The notes beneath the pieces are model-generated. The model had not been told where the DNA came from and did not search any database. It saw only the letters and a program-made list of their open reading frames with translations. The position numbers and the translations under genes are program-made. Positions 1 to 12,464 of a stretch of DNA of 64,000 bases are shown here, piece by piece. How positions within the stretch are numbered: the stretch's first letter is position 1; each line of letters opens with the position of its first letter. Where the stretch lies: contig NC_043000.1 in assembly GCF_006345805.1 (NCBI RefSeq), positions 72,478,001 through 72,542,000 on the forward strand, written 5' to 3'. This DNA is from Octopus sinensis (Eukaryota).

Positions 1-985
1 CTTGAACGTGGTTCGACTTAAAATTGCGACGAGATTTCGTGTGTTTAGAATCATCTTGAAAACAAGGAAACAAATCGAAAATTATCGACATCTCATGCTT
101 TTTTATTTAAAAAAAAGGCTAGAAAGCAGCGAAAAGGGTAAGGAGAGGATGTTATTACAAATGAGTGTGCCAGAAGTGATTTTTTTTCTCCGGCAAATTG
201 AGATATTAACAACGACACCATCCCCTGTCAAATAGTGTTGAAAACCATCTGCATCGACTTGGTAACGTCAGCAAGCTCGATGTTTGTGTCTCACATCAAT
301 TGAATGAGGCTAATCTAATGGATTTCCGTCTGTGGTTCGTTACAGAAACGTGAAGAAAACGATCCTTTTTTTGAAGAGAATAGTGACTGGGGACGAAAAT
401 GAATCGTCTACAACATTGTGAAGCGCAAACGATCACAGGGAAAGCGTAGTAAACCACCACAAACACCCTTCAAAGCAGAACTTCATCCGAAGAAAGTTAT
501 ACTTTCAGTATCGTGAGAATGGAAGGGTGTTGTCTTTTATGAACTTATTCCCACAAATAGAACCATCAATTCGGATGTGTATTGTGACCAGCTGGACAAA
601 TTAAATGCAACGATCAACCAGAAGTACAGCACTTGCTAATCGTACGATCATTGCCTTTCATCGCGACATCACACTTCTTTGCAGACACAGCAAAAGTTAG
701 TGGGGTCTTGCTGAGAACTTTTGCCGCACTTTTCATACTCACCTGACATTGTGCCTTCAGATTTCGATCGGTTCCAGTCTCTTCAAAAATCATTGAATGG
801 ACAGAACTTTGATTCTGAAGAGGACGTAAAGATTCACCTGGAAGAGTTCTTCGCTAGTAAAGACAGAAAATTCTTTGAGCATGGAATAATAAATCTGTCC
901 ACAAGATGACAGAAGATACTGGAACGAAACGATAATTATACTACGTGCATATAAACTTAAACAAATTAACATTTGCTTTTTATAA
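1..985 (+). mobile_element. Degenerate mariner (DD34D-type) transposon remnant
   Basis: Frameshifted translation gives NYRHLMLFY, LKRIVTGDE, AELHPKKVILSV, TINSDVYCDQL and YSPDIVPSDF...SLNGQNFDSEEDVK, which are mariner transposase motifs; many stops. Confidence 0.9.
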
Positions 986-1049
986 GCGCCGAAATGTGTA
1001 TTGTAAGGTATAAATAAGGTGATAGTTTATTTTCGTATGCAGAGACACC

Positions 1050-1507
1050 ATAATATTGTATACGACTTGAGGTGTTTGCCTTGCCTTAATGCTTGTTGTC
1101 CTCTTTAACAATTATGTATCCGCTGCATCGAAAATCTGCAATGGCTCCACAACTACCGTCTCGGCTATAACTTTGCAACCCCAGTAATCCGTTACAGTAC
1201 TTATCTAGCGTACCTAATCGTTTAGATAACTTGTGAACTAACCCCCATACTTTGTGTATATGTATATATCAATATATATAAAACTGAGAATGTGTGTCTG
1301 TATGTCTGTCTGTTTGTCTGTGTGAATCCCTAAAACTTGAGAACTACACAACCAATTTCATTCAAATTTTGCACATGCCTTACTTATGGTCCATGTAGTT
1401 TCATGGGCAAAAAAATGTTCAACTTCTTGCCTAGAGCGAGTCTATAACAATATCATATCTTCTCCAATATTTCAGTATTACGTGTTAAAAGTGAAACAAA
1501 AATATTT
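1050..1507. repeat. Inverted copy of 38670-39129 (MITE arm fragment + spacer + Helitron 5' end)
   Basis: Read by eye, it is the reverse complement of 38670-39129: nearly identical over 1050-~1370 and clearly more diverged beyond. Confidence 0.9.
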
Positions 1508-1820
1508 CTCTATTTTATGTCAGATGCTTTCACTTTAACAATAAAAATAATAATAACAATTGAATTATATGTAGTAAGTAATAATTAAAATCAAACTAAA
1601 GTATAATATAAGTAAAAATAGCAATTGGTATAAAATTGCATCAATGATTTGAACTTGAATAAGTGGTTTCACATGAATTGAAACTAAATTAACAATAAAA
1701 TTAGCGTGCAGAAATGGAATAGTCCAGATGGATAATAAAAAAATAAATTAAAGAAAAGACTATTGTCTATAAAGTATACAATGTAGAGAAAAAAGAAGAT
1801 TTGAAAACTTGGAGGAAAGC

Positions 1821-3732
1821 TATCCACGTGTGTTGTGAGTTATTTTGTATGTGAAAATTGGAAAAAAAACTGTTAAAAATTGTCAAAAAATTGAATCGCG
1901 CGAGGCGTTTGCCGCTACGTGTTTGAACCTTTTGTGGAGGGTGTGTCGACCCTCAAGTCATGGAGACTTACGCGGGGGTCGCCACAACAAAAAGTGACGA
2001 GTCTCTTAGAATAAAAGAAGTGTTCTTTAGAAAAGAACAATTGAAGGAATACGAGAAGTTCGTCAAAAGGGAGGGTGACAGCGTGAAGCTGGTCCCGCCT
2101 GTGGAAACAATAGAAGAGAAAAATAACAAGACGATAACGTATAGAACGCAAGATAGAAACACGAGAAAACTGGTGAGAGTGACGATTGAAGAAATAGAGA
2201 ATGTCTGGGGGACATCATGAAAAAAGCGACTTTTGTAGACAGAGGAAAGAAATATGGTACGGTGGAGGTGAGATGCGCAACAAAGGAAGTGGCGGCCTCA
2301 TTGGCTTCCACTGTCCTGAAAGCGGAAAATTTCACCATGTGGCCGACGTATAAAGGAAGACGAGGGGTACGGGTAAGAGTCCCAAAGGTGCCCCCAGATA
2401 TTAAAACAGAAATGCTGGTAACAGCCATTATTGGGGCAGCAAAAGAGGAAGTAGAAATAGGGTCAATTAAGGAGACGAACGTTGTAAATTGGAAGGGATT
2501 CGGAGTAGAGTTGTGGCTGATGGCCACAATGGAAGACATCGAAAGATTTCCCTTCCAAATAGAAATAGAAAACGAGAAAACAATTAGTGTAATAGTGGAA
2601 GGCAGAAAACCGAATTGCTACCTGTGCGGATCAAGAGGGCACATAAAAAAGGAATGTCCGCTGTATGAATTCACAGCGGAGCAAAAAGAGACACAAAGTG
2701 GAGAGAAGGAAAACGAACACAAAGGAAAGAACAGCGAAAACAAGGAAAAGGAAATAACGGAGAAACAACAAGAGAAGGGAAGTAACAGCGCACTGAAGGA
2801 AAATGAAAACAAAGGGAAGAAGATAGTAGAAAAGGAGCAAAATTCACAGGGTGCAGAAGTAGTGGAGAAAGAGCCAAGGCAGAAGCAAGAGAAAGAAAAG
2901 GAAAGTACATTAAAGGAAAGAGAAAAAGCAGGAAAAGAACAAGAGAAGGAACAGAACCAAGAGAAAGGAAAAGATGGTATGCAAAAAGGAAAAGAAACAA
3001 CAGGAAAGGAACTTAAGGCACAGGGTAGAGAGACGGCAGACAAAGAGCCAAAAGACAAGAGAAGGAAAAAGAAAGAAGAGAAAGCAAAAAGAGAGAAAGA
3101 GAGAAACCGAGGGAAGAGAAAAAAGAGGAAGTAAGTCCTAAGAGAAAAACTAGAGAAAACGTAGGTACGAATAGAAAATTCAAATACTATGGAACGTTGA
3201 TCCATCACAGGCACTGTGAGGAGATGGAAGATTTAATAAACGTAACAAACGGATATACGTGGGTCAGGATGGGCACCGAATGGAAAGAAACAGGTGCACT
3301 CGTCCACGAGAACGACGCCGAGGCGTTCTTCGAGGCAGCTGGCAAGAACGTGTCAAAACATATGAAATGCCGACTTACAAGGTGGCCTCGAACGATGGAA
3401 GTTTACTCAGATTTGGTAGACATAATGGAGTATATATAAAAGAAAAGGTATTGTGAAAACTTTAATTTGGAAATGATAAAAAGAACTTTAAATTCTGAAA
3501 AAAAAAAGAAATGTTGAACTTTGTAAAACTTTTGAAATGTATGTTGAAAATGTATAAAATGTTTTATTTGGAAAATATTGTTGACGAATAAAAAACAAAT
3601 GACGAAATGTAACCGCTCGATTTCGGGGATCGAGTGGGCATTACACCACATTGTACAAACTTTATAATTCATTATTCATTTTCTCGATTGTATTGTCCCA
3701 TCTATGTAGCCCCTAGTGGGTAATAATAAAAC
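1821..3732 (+). mobile_element. ORF1-only non-LTR retroelement (HAL1-like, Tx1/L1-related)
   Basis: Flanked by the 15-bp direct repeat AACTTGGAGGAAAGC (1806-1820 and 3733-3747). 139-nt 5' UTR, one frameshifted gag-like ORF, ~290-nt AT-rich 3' UTR ending TAATAATAAAAC. No endonuclease or RT sequence. Confidence 0.8.
1960..3439 (+). pseudogene. ORF1p/gag-like nucleic-acid-binding protein with CCHC zinc knuckle, two frameshifts
   Basis: ORFs 1960-2220, 2217-3134 and 3197-3439 join across frameshifts near 2210 and ~3110. The third frame is open from ~3100 (KEEVSPKRKTRENVGTNRKFKYYGTLIHH). Knuckle CYLCGSRGHIKKEC (CX2CX4HX4C) at ~2616-2657, then a K/E-rich tract. Confidence 0.75.
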
Positions 3733-4224
3733 AACTTGGAGGAAAGCACCATCGAAAAGTGTCTTGGTGCGACTATGAAAGATATCTAGCCAGAGGCGGT
3801 AAATTCGCGCAAGATTCGAGTCAACGGAGCGTGCAATGGAGTACTCGACTCGAAATTGTAAAGTGGAAATATTTTATCTTTACCTTTATATCTGGAACGT
3901 AGGACGTGCCGGATAAAAATTAAAAATGTGCCCCATCCCCACCTAGAAGTTGAGGTAGGCTGGATTGTAGCCACACTTCTATACAAGAGGGAGGACAAGA
4001 TACAATTGATCGAAATTGCAAGAGACGGGCTTACAATTCCAGTCTGTTATATATTTTGAGTATTGTTATCACTAGCGATATCAAGATATAACTTTGTATT
4101 TTGTATTTTATGTGTAGATGTATATATATAGATATACATGTAATATGTACACATATATATACACATATATACATGCACTAGCACTATGACCCAGCAACGA
4201 CAGGTCATAATGGTAGTATATATA

Positions 4225-4440
4225 TATAGTTAATCCAAGCATGAAAACACAAAGAGAAAACACAACAACGCGAGGACGTGGAACAAATATAGTATTACTG
4301 GACGCTCAGGAAGGAAGGGAAGAAGGAGGATTTTACGTTTCCAGCGGAGCTCTTCGTCAGAAACATAGGAAAAGGAAAGATCCAGAGAAGGGAAGACGGA
4401 GGGAAAAAAATCGCCAACGATACACACGCGGTCACACTTT
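4225..4440 (-). mobile_element. Penelope-like terminal-repeat fragment with a mutated minimal hammerhead motif (4331-4363)
   Basis: Minus strand reads TTT-CTGACGA-A-GAGC-TCC-GCTG-GAAAC-GTA-AAA. Same repeat family as 24020-24240. Confidence 0.65.
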
Positions 4441-4763
4441 GAAATGTGAATATATGTATATATATATATATATATATATAGGCACTCACCAGACTATCGA
4501 TGTCATTATATACCATTGATTGTAAAGTGCTTCGCATTGTTTTAACTTTCGAATGAATGCTGACTTTGCGGACATTTCAGGGAATGCTGAAGTCAGTAAT
4601 TCAAAAGTCCAGCTTTATCACACTCTGTCACATTGATTTTATATGAGAATCACATTTAAAATAGACGTTTCAGATGCTTACTTAGTCATTAAGCGCTAGT
4701 TAAACCAGCGCCTGGTAGTTTATCCAGCAACTGCATATTCATGATCAGAAATTGTGACCGAGA

Positions 4764-4803
<40 letters not shown>

Positions 4804-5149
4804 CTTCGCTGATGTGAATTTAAAGCATGTAATTATTTGCGAGGAAACCAAACATCCGGATCTCTGCAAATCAAGGCCCTTGAGATATAATTATGCATCA
4901 AGTTACAGACATACCCTTATCTCTTTAGCTGTCAGAAATACAATGAATTAATGATTGGGTCGTTCCAAATCTGTTCACCAACTGTGCTTTAAAATATATA
5001 AATGTATATACGTTCAATCTTTACACTTCATATATTTTATTGCCAAATAATTTCTCATTCTATGTTGATTAGCCTTTAAAAGTGATATTTTTATTGAAGG
5101 TTAATTTCAGAATTTGCCTTCAAATAAATTCATATCATATGTATTAATC

Positions 5150-6380
5150 AACAGAGCTGTGAAATCTTGCATGCATTAATTTCAACGTTTTTTTTTTTTA
5201 AGAAACAACTACATAGTTTCTCTTTCAGATAGACTGACATCTGACTGTTCAAAGAATTTTCAAAAGTAACTGAAAGCAATTTGTCTTGAAAATCGACAAC
5301 ATCTGGCATCGCTGTGTCAACAAGTACCTTCAGAAAAAGAGTTAAGTCCCGACATGTTGTTTCATTAGGAAATGAACCTATAGATTTATCCACAGTGCAA
5401 AAGTGAACAGCTGAATTTAGGAGGGGTAGGCAAAGTCTTGAAGATGACCCAACGTCTGGACGTCGTGCCACTACCACCCCTGAGTAAAACATTGTGTTCA
5501 CCACATGATGATAGACGACAGACGATTGACTAAAAATCAAATAGCCAATGCTATTAGCATATCCTGTGAGAGTTGAGAATATTCTGCACAATGAACTTGG
5601 CATGACGAAGGTGGTAGCCACGTCTTCTGACACTCGGTCAAAAGTACACCAGACTGATCACATCACAGGGAAATCTAACATTGTTTGAAGAAAATCCAGC
5701 TGGTTTCCATGATGAGTATTGGAGTCATCACTTTGAACCAGAGACAAAGAGACAATCCATGCAGTGGAAACACCCTTCCTCACCCGATCCAAAAAAGGTC
5801 GTTTCATCTGCAGGGATGGTGATGGCCTCAGTTTTGGGGTTGGGAAAGGTATTGTGTTTATTGATAGCGTAGTCCTTCAAAAGGACCACACCATCATTGG
5901 AGAGTACTATGCCAAATTGTTGAGACAGTTATGAAAGGCTATCAAGATCAAACGCCCAGGAAAATTGACGAAAAGAGTCTTAGTTCAATTTCTTTATTTC
6001 CCACAAGGGGCCAAAGAGTCTTTCGTTCATCTGGACAATATTCCAGCATACGAATCTTTGGTTTCCATGGCTGCTGTGCGTGACTGTGACCTTCCCTATT
6101 CTCCTGATTTGGCCCTATCTGACTATTGTATGTTCGCCACCATGAAGAAACACTTGGCTGAGAACCATTATCGCAGTGATTATGACGGCATATGTGCTGT
6201 TGGTGACTTTTTTAGCATGAAAATGAAAGCTTCTTCACCAATTTCTACACAGAAGCACTGTGGCACCGATGGAAGAAGCGTTTGGACCGCTTGGGAGCTA
6301 TGTTGAAAAATAAACCTCATTTGGTCACATTCCATGAGAGTATCTTGGTCAGCCTATGTACTTTACAACGGACAGTCGTA
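5150..6380 (+). mobile_element. Degenerate mariner transposon, 5'-truncated
   Basis: STVQK*TAEFRRGRQSLEDDPTSGRRATTT, HFEPETKRQSMQWKHPSSPDPKK and YSPDLALSDYCMF motifs. 3' TIR-like GGTCAGCCTATGTACTTTACAACGGACAGTCG followed by TA. Confidence 0.9.
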
Positions 6381-7322
6381 GATATAAAATATAAATATGA
6401 AAGTTATAAAATATAGAAAGTAAAATATAAAATTTAATGTAGCAACAAGCGACATTAGAACAAACAAAATATAACAAATAAATAATAAACATTAGATAAA
6501 AAAAAATCGACATTTAACGTAGGAATCACATGCTGGATTACCAAATATACCATTTATGAGATGAAGATATAAAGAATACCTAATTAGAAAGCACATTATA
6601 TAGGTTCACATATTTCTCAATTAATACTTACAGCTTTAGATCACATACAACTACGTCATGGGATATGCAACTACATCAGGGTGCTGCTATAGGCTGACTA
6701 CGTAATGGGTTTAAAGTATGCGAATGTACGTCTAATATTATGCGAGTACACTAATCTTAGCTCTTTCGATTTATTGAGAACATTGTTTGGATATACAAGG
6801 ATTTCCCAAAATTCGGCAAAGTAAAGCGCGCATCCATTACCTGTTATTTGAATATGGTGATACTTTTCTTACAATGCTCCAAGCAATGTGGGATTGAATT
6901 TTTTATCTTCCAATTCTCATACTACTCTGAAAAACCAATAATATTTTATATCAATGTGACGTCACAACTGACATGAATACTTTTATTTACTTAGGCTCAA
7001 ACGCATGTAACTTTAAGTAGAGACTTTACAACCATTCTTTTTCCTTAAGAAATCAGGATAACTCTAGTGTTACGTCAAACGTAGAAGAGGTGTGAGAAGT
7101 TGTAAAAGGAAAATAGTAATAATTGGACATCAAACATTTTTTATACAAAGATAATTATTTCTGCCTCTTGTTGCGATATAGTGACATTAAATATTCGAAA
7201 GAATTTGTGGTCCGTTCTTTATCCCATATAAATTATCGTAATATGTTATTTGTTCCTTTTACATTTTTATGCCACAAAGTAAAAAGAAATGTGTGTGTGT
7301 ATGTATGTATATATATATATAT

Positions 7323-7506
7323 ATACTAAGCAATAAGGGTTTAGCAACGAATTGCCTTACCACATACCGAATTTAGAAATAGCAGTCAAAGGGTTATAGC
7401 TATTTCTTCTACTAAAATAGAAGAAATAGCTATAACCCTTTGACTGCTATTTCTAAATTCGGTATGTGGTAAGGCAATTCGTTGCTAAACCCTTATTGCT
7501 TAGTAT
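7323..7506. repeat. Perfect inverted repeat, 89-bp arms, 6-nt spacer
   Basis: 7323-7411 is the exact reverse complement of 7418-7506; spacer CTAAAA. The arm resembles the repeat at ~40380-40460. Confidence 0.95.
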
Positions 7507-7612
7507 TACTTAAATTTTCCTCGAATGAGGCTTTTACATGCCGAAGACTACTTGGTGTAATGATAATTTTTCCAAATTAATTAATTTCACCCTTCATTAT
7601 TACGGATATATA

Positions 7613-7660
<48 letters not shown>

Positions 7661-9002
7661 GCACATTGCATACAGCAAAATGATGCGTGCTTCAAATATC
7701 TTTCCTTTTCCTTTATCATTGTCTTACTCTAATTTGATAAAAAGTTCAACCAAAACGTCTATCGTTTTTTGTTTTTGACATACTATTCACTGTGCATAAT
7801 TTGTAATGTTTGCGTGTGTGTGGCTAACTTTGTCCATTACTTTGCAAATTTTTTACTACATGTAACTTCTGTCACTGTCCATCTGTCCACTTCTTATTTT
7901 TCTTGTTCCAAATGTGCTATTTCGCTTTTCATACACACACATACGTGTGTGTGTGTGTGTGTACATATATATATTTTTCCATTCTTCTCTTGAAAAGGGA
8001 GGCCGAACTTACTGTACTTACTATAATAACTTCATGACTTTTCGTTTGTTGCATTCCTATAACGTTATGCGCGTATCATCTGCGAATTATAGTTATTACG
8101 TACCTTCTGGCTTCTTGAAATAGCTATCGAGATAAGAATTTGCATATTCTTCTTTCTATATATACATTTTCTTTATTTCCTAAACTCTACTATATGTGTT
8201 CCTAGTAAATGTCGATAACAGACCTCAATGTATTTATATATTTATCTATCTAACAGCCTCTCTCACTCTCTCCCTCTCTCTCTCTGTATGTATGTATGTA
8301 TGTATGTATGTATGTATATATATATATATGTAGTGGTGTGTGTGTGTGTGTGTTATTTATATTATTATATGATTGAACGCCAAACATCCCCTTCCAAATA
8401 GGTTTTATCTTAATAATTCTGATGCGCACCCTATTACGATCTTCTTACTCTTTCGTTTTTCTCTTTTTCTTTGACCTCTTTTTCTCCCACTATTCTATCC
8501 TATTACTCTGTCACACTCTCTCCGTCACTCCTCCCTTGCTCACGTGGCTCCCACAACACCATCGGCCATCTTTCTTTGTTTCTCTCCTTTGTAGCTTGAA
8601 CGGAAAGACGTGTTCTTGTTTGTCTCCTATCCTAGCTTGATTTACGCATTTGCCAACACAACCTCGTTAAGGCTTAGTAGCCCTTCCTGTTTGTTTTTAC
8701 TATTCTGTTTGTGTTATCAATTTTGCCCCTCCGCAACATCCCAAATTTTATTTAATTTGCTTTGCGGAGGCAACTGTCTTATAGAAAGCGTACATTGTTG
8801 TTAAATGCTCGAAATACGAGACTAGAAAAACAGCCAACAACTGATGAAGGGTTGTTCTTTATGTGGTTTGTTTTGTTTTCTATTTGTGTATTTCATTGTT
8901 CGAAAGAATAGTTCATGTTCCATGTACTTGCGCTTCGTACTTTTTGTTGTACACGTTTCGTGACGTCCTGTACCAACATATGCATATATATATAATATAT
9001 AT

Positions 9003-9069
<67 letters not shown>

Positions 9070-9114
9070 ACCATTTAGATTATTTTTCTTTATTTCTCTT
9101 ATGTAATATTTCAG

Positions 9115-9590
9115 GAGTTTGTGGTACAATGTCGCCAATTGAAATAGTATTCCTTGTAAACAACGTTCATTTTGGACAGAAAAGAACTGAAAAGATTTTA
9201 CGAGCAATAAATCATGTAGAGAGAAAAATCCACCACACTTGTGTTTCACACTTTAGAACAATATTTGAAGATTGTTCAACATTTGAAGACACGTTTGACA
9301 CTTATAATCCAAGAAATCGAAATCACAAATTTAACAATTGTCGCATTGGTATTTTCTTTGTCCAGAGAGGCATGAATTTCCAATCACCAATTCTTCAAAA
9401 CATAACTAGAAACTTATTAAAAGATACTACTGAAATCTTTGCCGTCATGATTGGAGATATTAAAGAAGTGTCTGGATTACGATATTTTATTAAAGACCAG
9501 AATATCATCAAAGTCCCACATATTGAACTTCTTACGTCTTCTTTAAGTGAAAATGTCAAAAGAGTTATTTGTAACAACAACTATATCTGA
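9115..9590 (+). CDS. Terminal exon of an upstream paralog of the VWA gene (degenerate VWA-like domain)
   Basis: Acceptor ATATTTCAG at 9114, phase 1, open to TGA at 9588-9590. CGTMSPIEIVFLVNNVHFGQKRTEKILRAI aligns without gaps to CNSTKISDFVFALNNNYLGHRKTTYILKAL of exon 7 (10/30 identical). The C-terminal EI..V.IG...II..P..E.L...C pattern is also shared. Confidence 0.75.
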
Positions 9591-9906
9591 TATGCTTTGG
9601 ATTTACATAAATTCAGGAAAAATTGGATTTCTTCAAATAATCATCTGAAATTATAATTCATGAAAACATTTTTACACATTCATACATTAACTAATATATG
9701 TTAGGTATGTCTCATGCCAAGTTATTTTGGTCTTCATTTGATTATCACTCAGTAACACGAATACACATATTTATACATTTTCGCTTTTCTATTTTCTCTC
9801 ACTCTCTTGAATATATAAAAACACACACACATATACAAACATATTCACACTCCTATACACATATACATACATATATGGGTATATGCATGTATGTAGATGT
9901 ACGAAT

Positions 9907-9959
<53 letters not shown>

Positions 9960-11981
9960 ATATATAATATATATATATATATATTATATATATATATATA
10001 TATACACATATAAACATACTTACATATACGTATGCATACATATTTGTATATATATGAAACGGATATTAAAAAGTGTCAGCAACACTTATTGTTCTTTTTA
10101 TGCATACAATAAAGATCAATTTTACTTCCTGTTGACTTAATACACTTTATCAACTAAATATTATATATTTTTTAAAATCCAAGGTTACTGACTACGTCAC
10201 AGAGCATATTCTCCACCAAGCTAACGGACAGCTTTGTTATCAAATTAATCAAATGACTATACTATACTGCAGTCATTTACTATTCTGCAGCACAAGGGTG
10301 ACTTAATATTTGTATTTATTCCCACAATTTAATCGAAGATATCGTTATTCGGTGATTCTTTTGTAATTGGCAAAGTTACTTGTTTCCTGTTAATTCTTTT
10401 TCTTGCTTAGTGTATATATATCCCATAATTTTGTAAAACGTGAAATTTGCTAAATGCTACTTACTAAATGCGATTTTGTATCCATTGTCCCATTGTCTCA
10501 AGAAAGTCACCAATAAGTAAAACATAACAAACTAAATTTTACTTTAAAGCTAAAATTTATTGAATTATCACACGATCAGAAATTTTGCGAAGTTATTCGA
10601 TCGATTCAGTCGAATGTTATTCTAGATATCAACCAAACAGAAATGAGCATCATATTTCTATTTGCTTTCCAAATATGCAAATTTCTGAGAGCATGTATTG
10701 TTGACACAAAGCAGCAATCAATATTTTCTTTTGTTCACTGACCAAATAGTACGTGGTTAAACCAGGAATTGTAGCGACTGGAAAGTAAGAAAATCTGCCG
10801 ATCGCCAACATTATGAAATTTCCAGGTATTCCAAAGTTGATTCTCATTTCATTAAAGCTTACTCGTATGTTTTATTTTTAATAAATCAGATTTGGTTGCC
10901 ATTCTAAACATGGCAGGCTGTTCCTCATATTCATTGTGTCTGTTGTACAACAAAATAATACAGAACAAATATTATAAGCAACTCTACAAGCGTCAAATTT
11001 AACTGATTCTTCCTATTAATTCTGAAGGTTGATACAAATGTAATTCGTCAATATCTTTCCCTCACTACATAGTTAACTTAATGGCAGCTTATTTAATGTA
11101 GTATTCATAAAAAAGCTTATCAGAAACAATTACGCGGTGAGAAAAATGACTTGCTGAATGACTAATAATGCTTTAATTATTCTGGTAAGAATGGGAGACT
11201 ATTCCAAACAGATGGTTGAACTAATTACACATCCTCAGCGAAGCTTTGACATCACGGTGAGTCGAAGCAATGGTGAACTAATTCCTAAATAGACGTTAAA
11301 CAAGTTGGCACAGAATATTAGAATATTTTAGAGAATAAATTTAAGAGAGAAATTAGTCAAAGATGCTGTCCGAAAGAAAAACAAAAATTAGTTGAGAACA
11401 AACAAATATAATGCAGTGGATATTTAAAAGCAAATTTGAAATAGCAATACAAGAAATAAATATAATGTGAGTGATTTATGTATTTTTTAATTATTTCAAC
11501 AAGTACAGGAGACAACATCAGACATATTTTGGATAATCTTAATATTATTCACTGTAATCCTGGAGCAGTGATGGAGTGGTACTGTGTAATTATGCAATGC
11601 ACTTGGTGGCGTACAAAATTACAATATTTTAGAGAACTAATTGCTCAGAGGAATTATCAGCTCACTGTTAACACGAAAAATAATAAAGCAGTGTAAATTA
11701 TACGTAATTCAGCAAATATAATTAAGTTTGTGTACTTTACATGTAATAAAGTGAGTGTTAAAAAGCTAATTAGAAATAATTATACGATGAGGAAAATCAA
11801 TATTAGTCAAAGCTTAATGTTATTTTCTTTGTTCCAGCAAGTATGAGAGAATGTTAAGTTAATAACATTCATAGTTATTATTTCTTAATGCACTTACAAA
11901 ACGACAAAATTTGAGTTTTATCACTTCTTTACGATAGAAAAACTTTAGCACATGAGAGCCATTATAATATCTGGCGGAATA

Positions 11982-12055
<74 letters not shown>

Positions 12056-12386
12056 CATACATACATACATATACATATATATATGTGTGTGTGTGTGTAT
12101 GTAAAGTCACTATGTGGATTCAAGTAATCCGATAGTATTCATAAAAAAGCTACTTAATATATCATTCTACAAAGCATATACTACAATAAAAAAGAAGACG
12201 ATAAGGAGTATATAAAGTCATAAATGACAAAGAAATAGTTACATGAAATTTTACTTGACAATAAGAAAATTCTAATGTAACAAATTATATAAGCATATGT
12301 GTGTGTATATGTATATATATTCTATATATATGCATTTGTATGTATATTTATATATAAATATATGTGTATATGTATATATCTATATG

Positions 12387-12464
<78 letters not shown>

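Larger units (their letters stand above)
1269..4216 (+). mobile_element. Non-autonomous Helitron carrying a nested 1.9-kb retroelement
   Basis: 5' A|TC start followed by AATATATATAAAACTGAG and a (TGTC)n tract. 3' subterminal hairpin ACTAGCACTATGACC...GGTCATAATGGTAG|T (CTAG-like end). A/T insertion site, no TSD. Confidence 0.7.

Noticed and set aside
2618-3214. Hydrophobic minus-strand ORFs (198 aa and others)
   Set aside because: They are antisense shadows of the A/G-rich K/E tract.
1960-3439. Three ORFs with an ATGA overlap that look like a bacterial or viral operon
   Set aside because: The frames join across single frameshifts into one ORF1-like protein, and the context is a TSD-flanked eukaryotic retroelement.
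10650-10847. GIPGN motif suggesting GPCR TM1
   Set aside because: No further TM helices follow, and the motif falls in what looks like a short intron.
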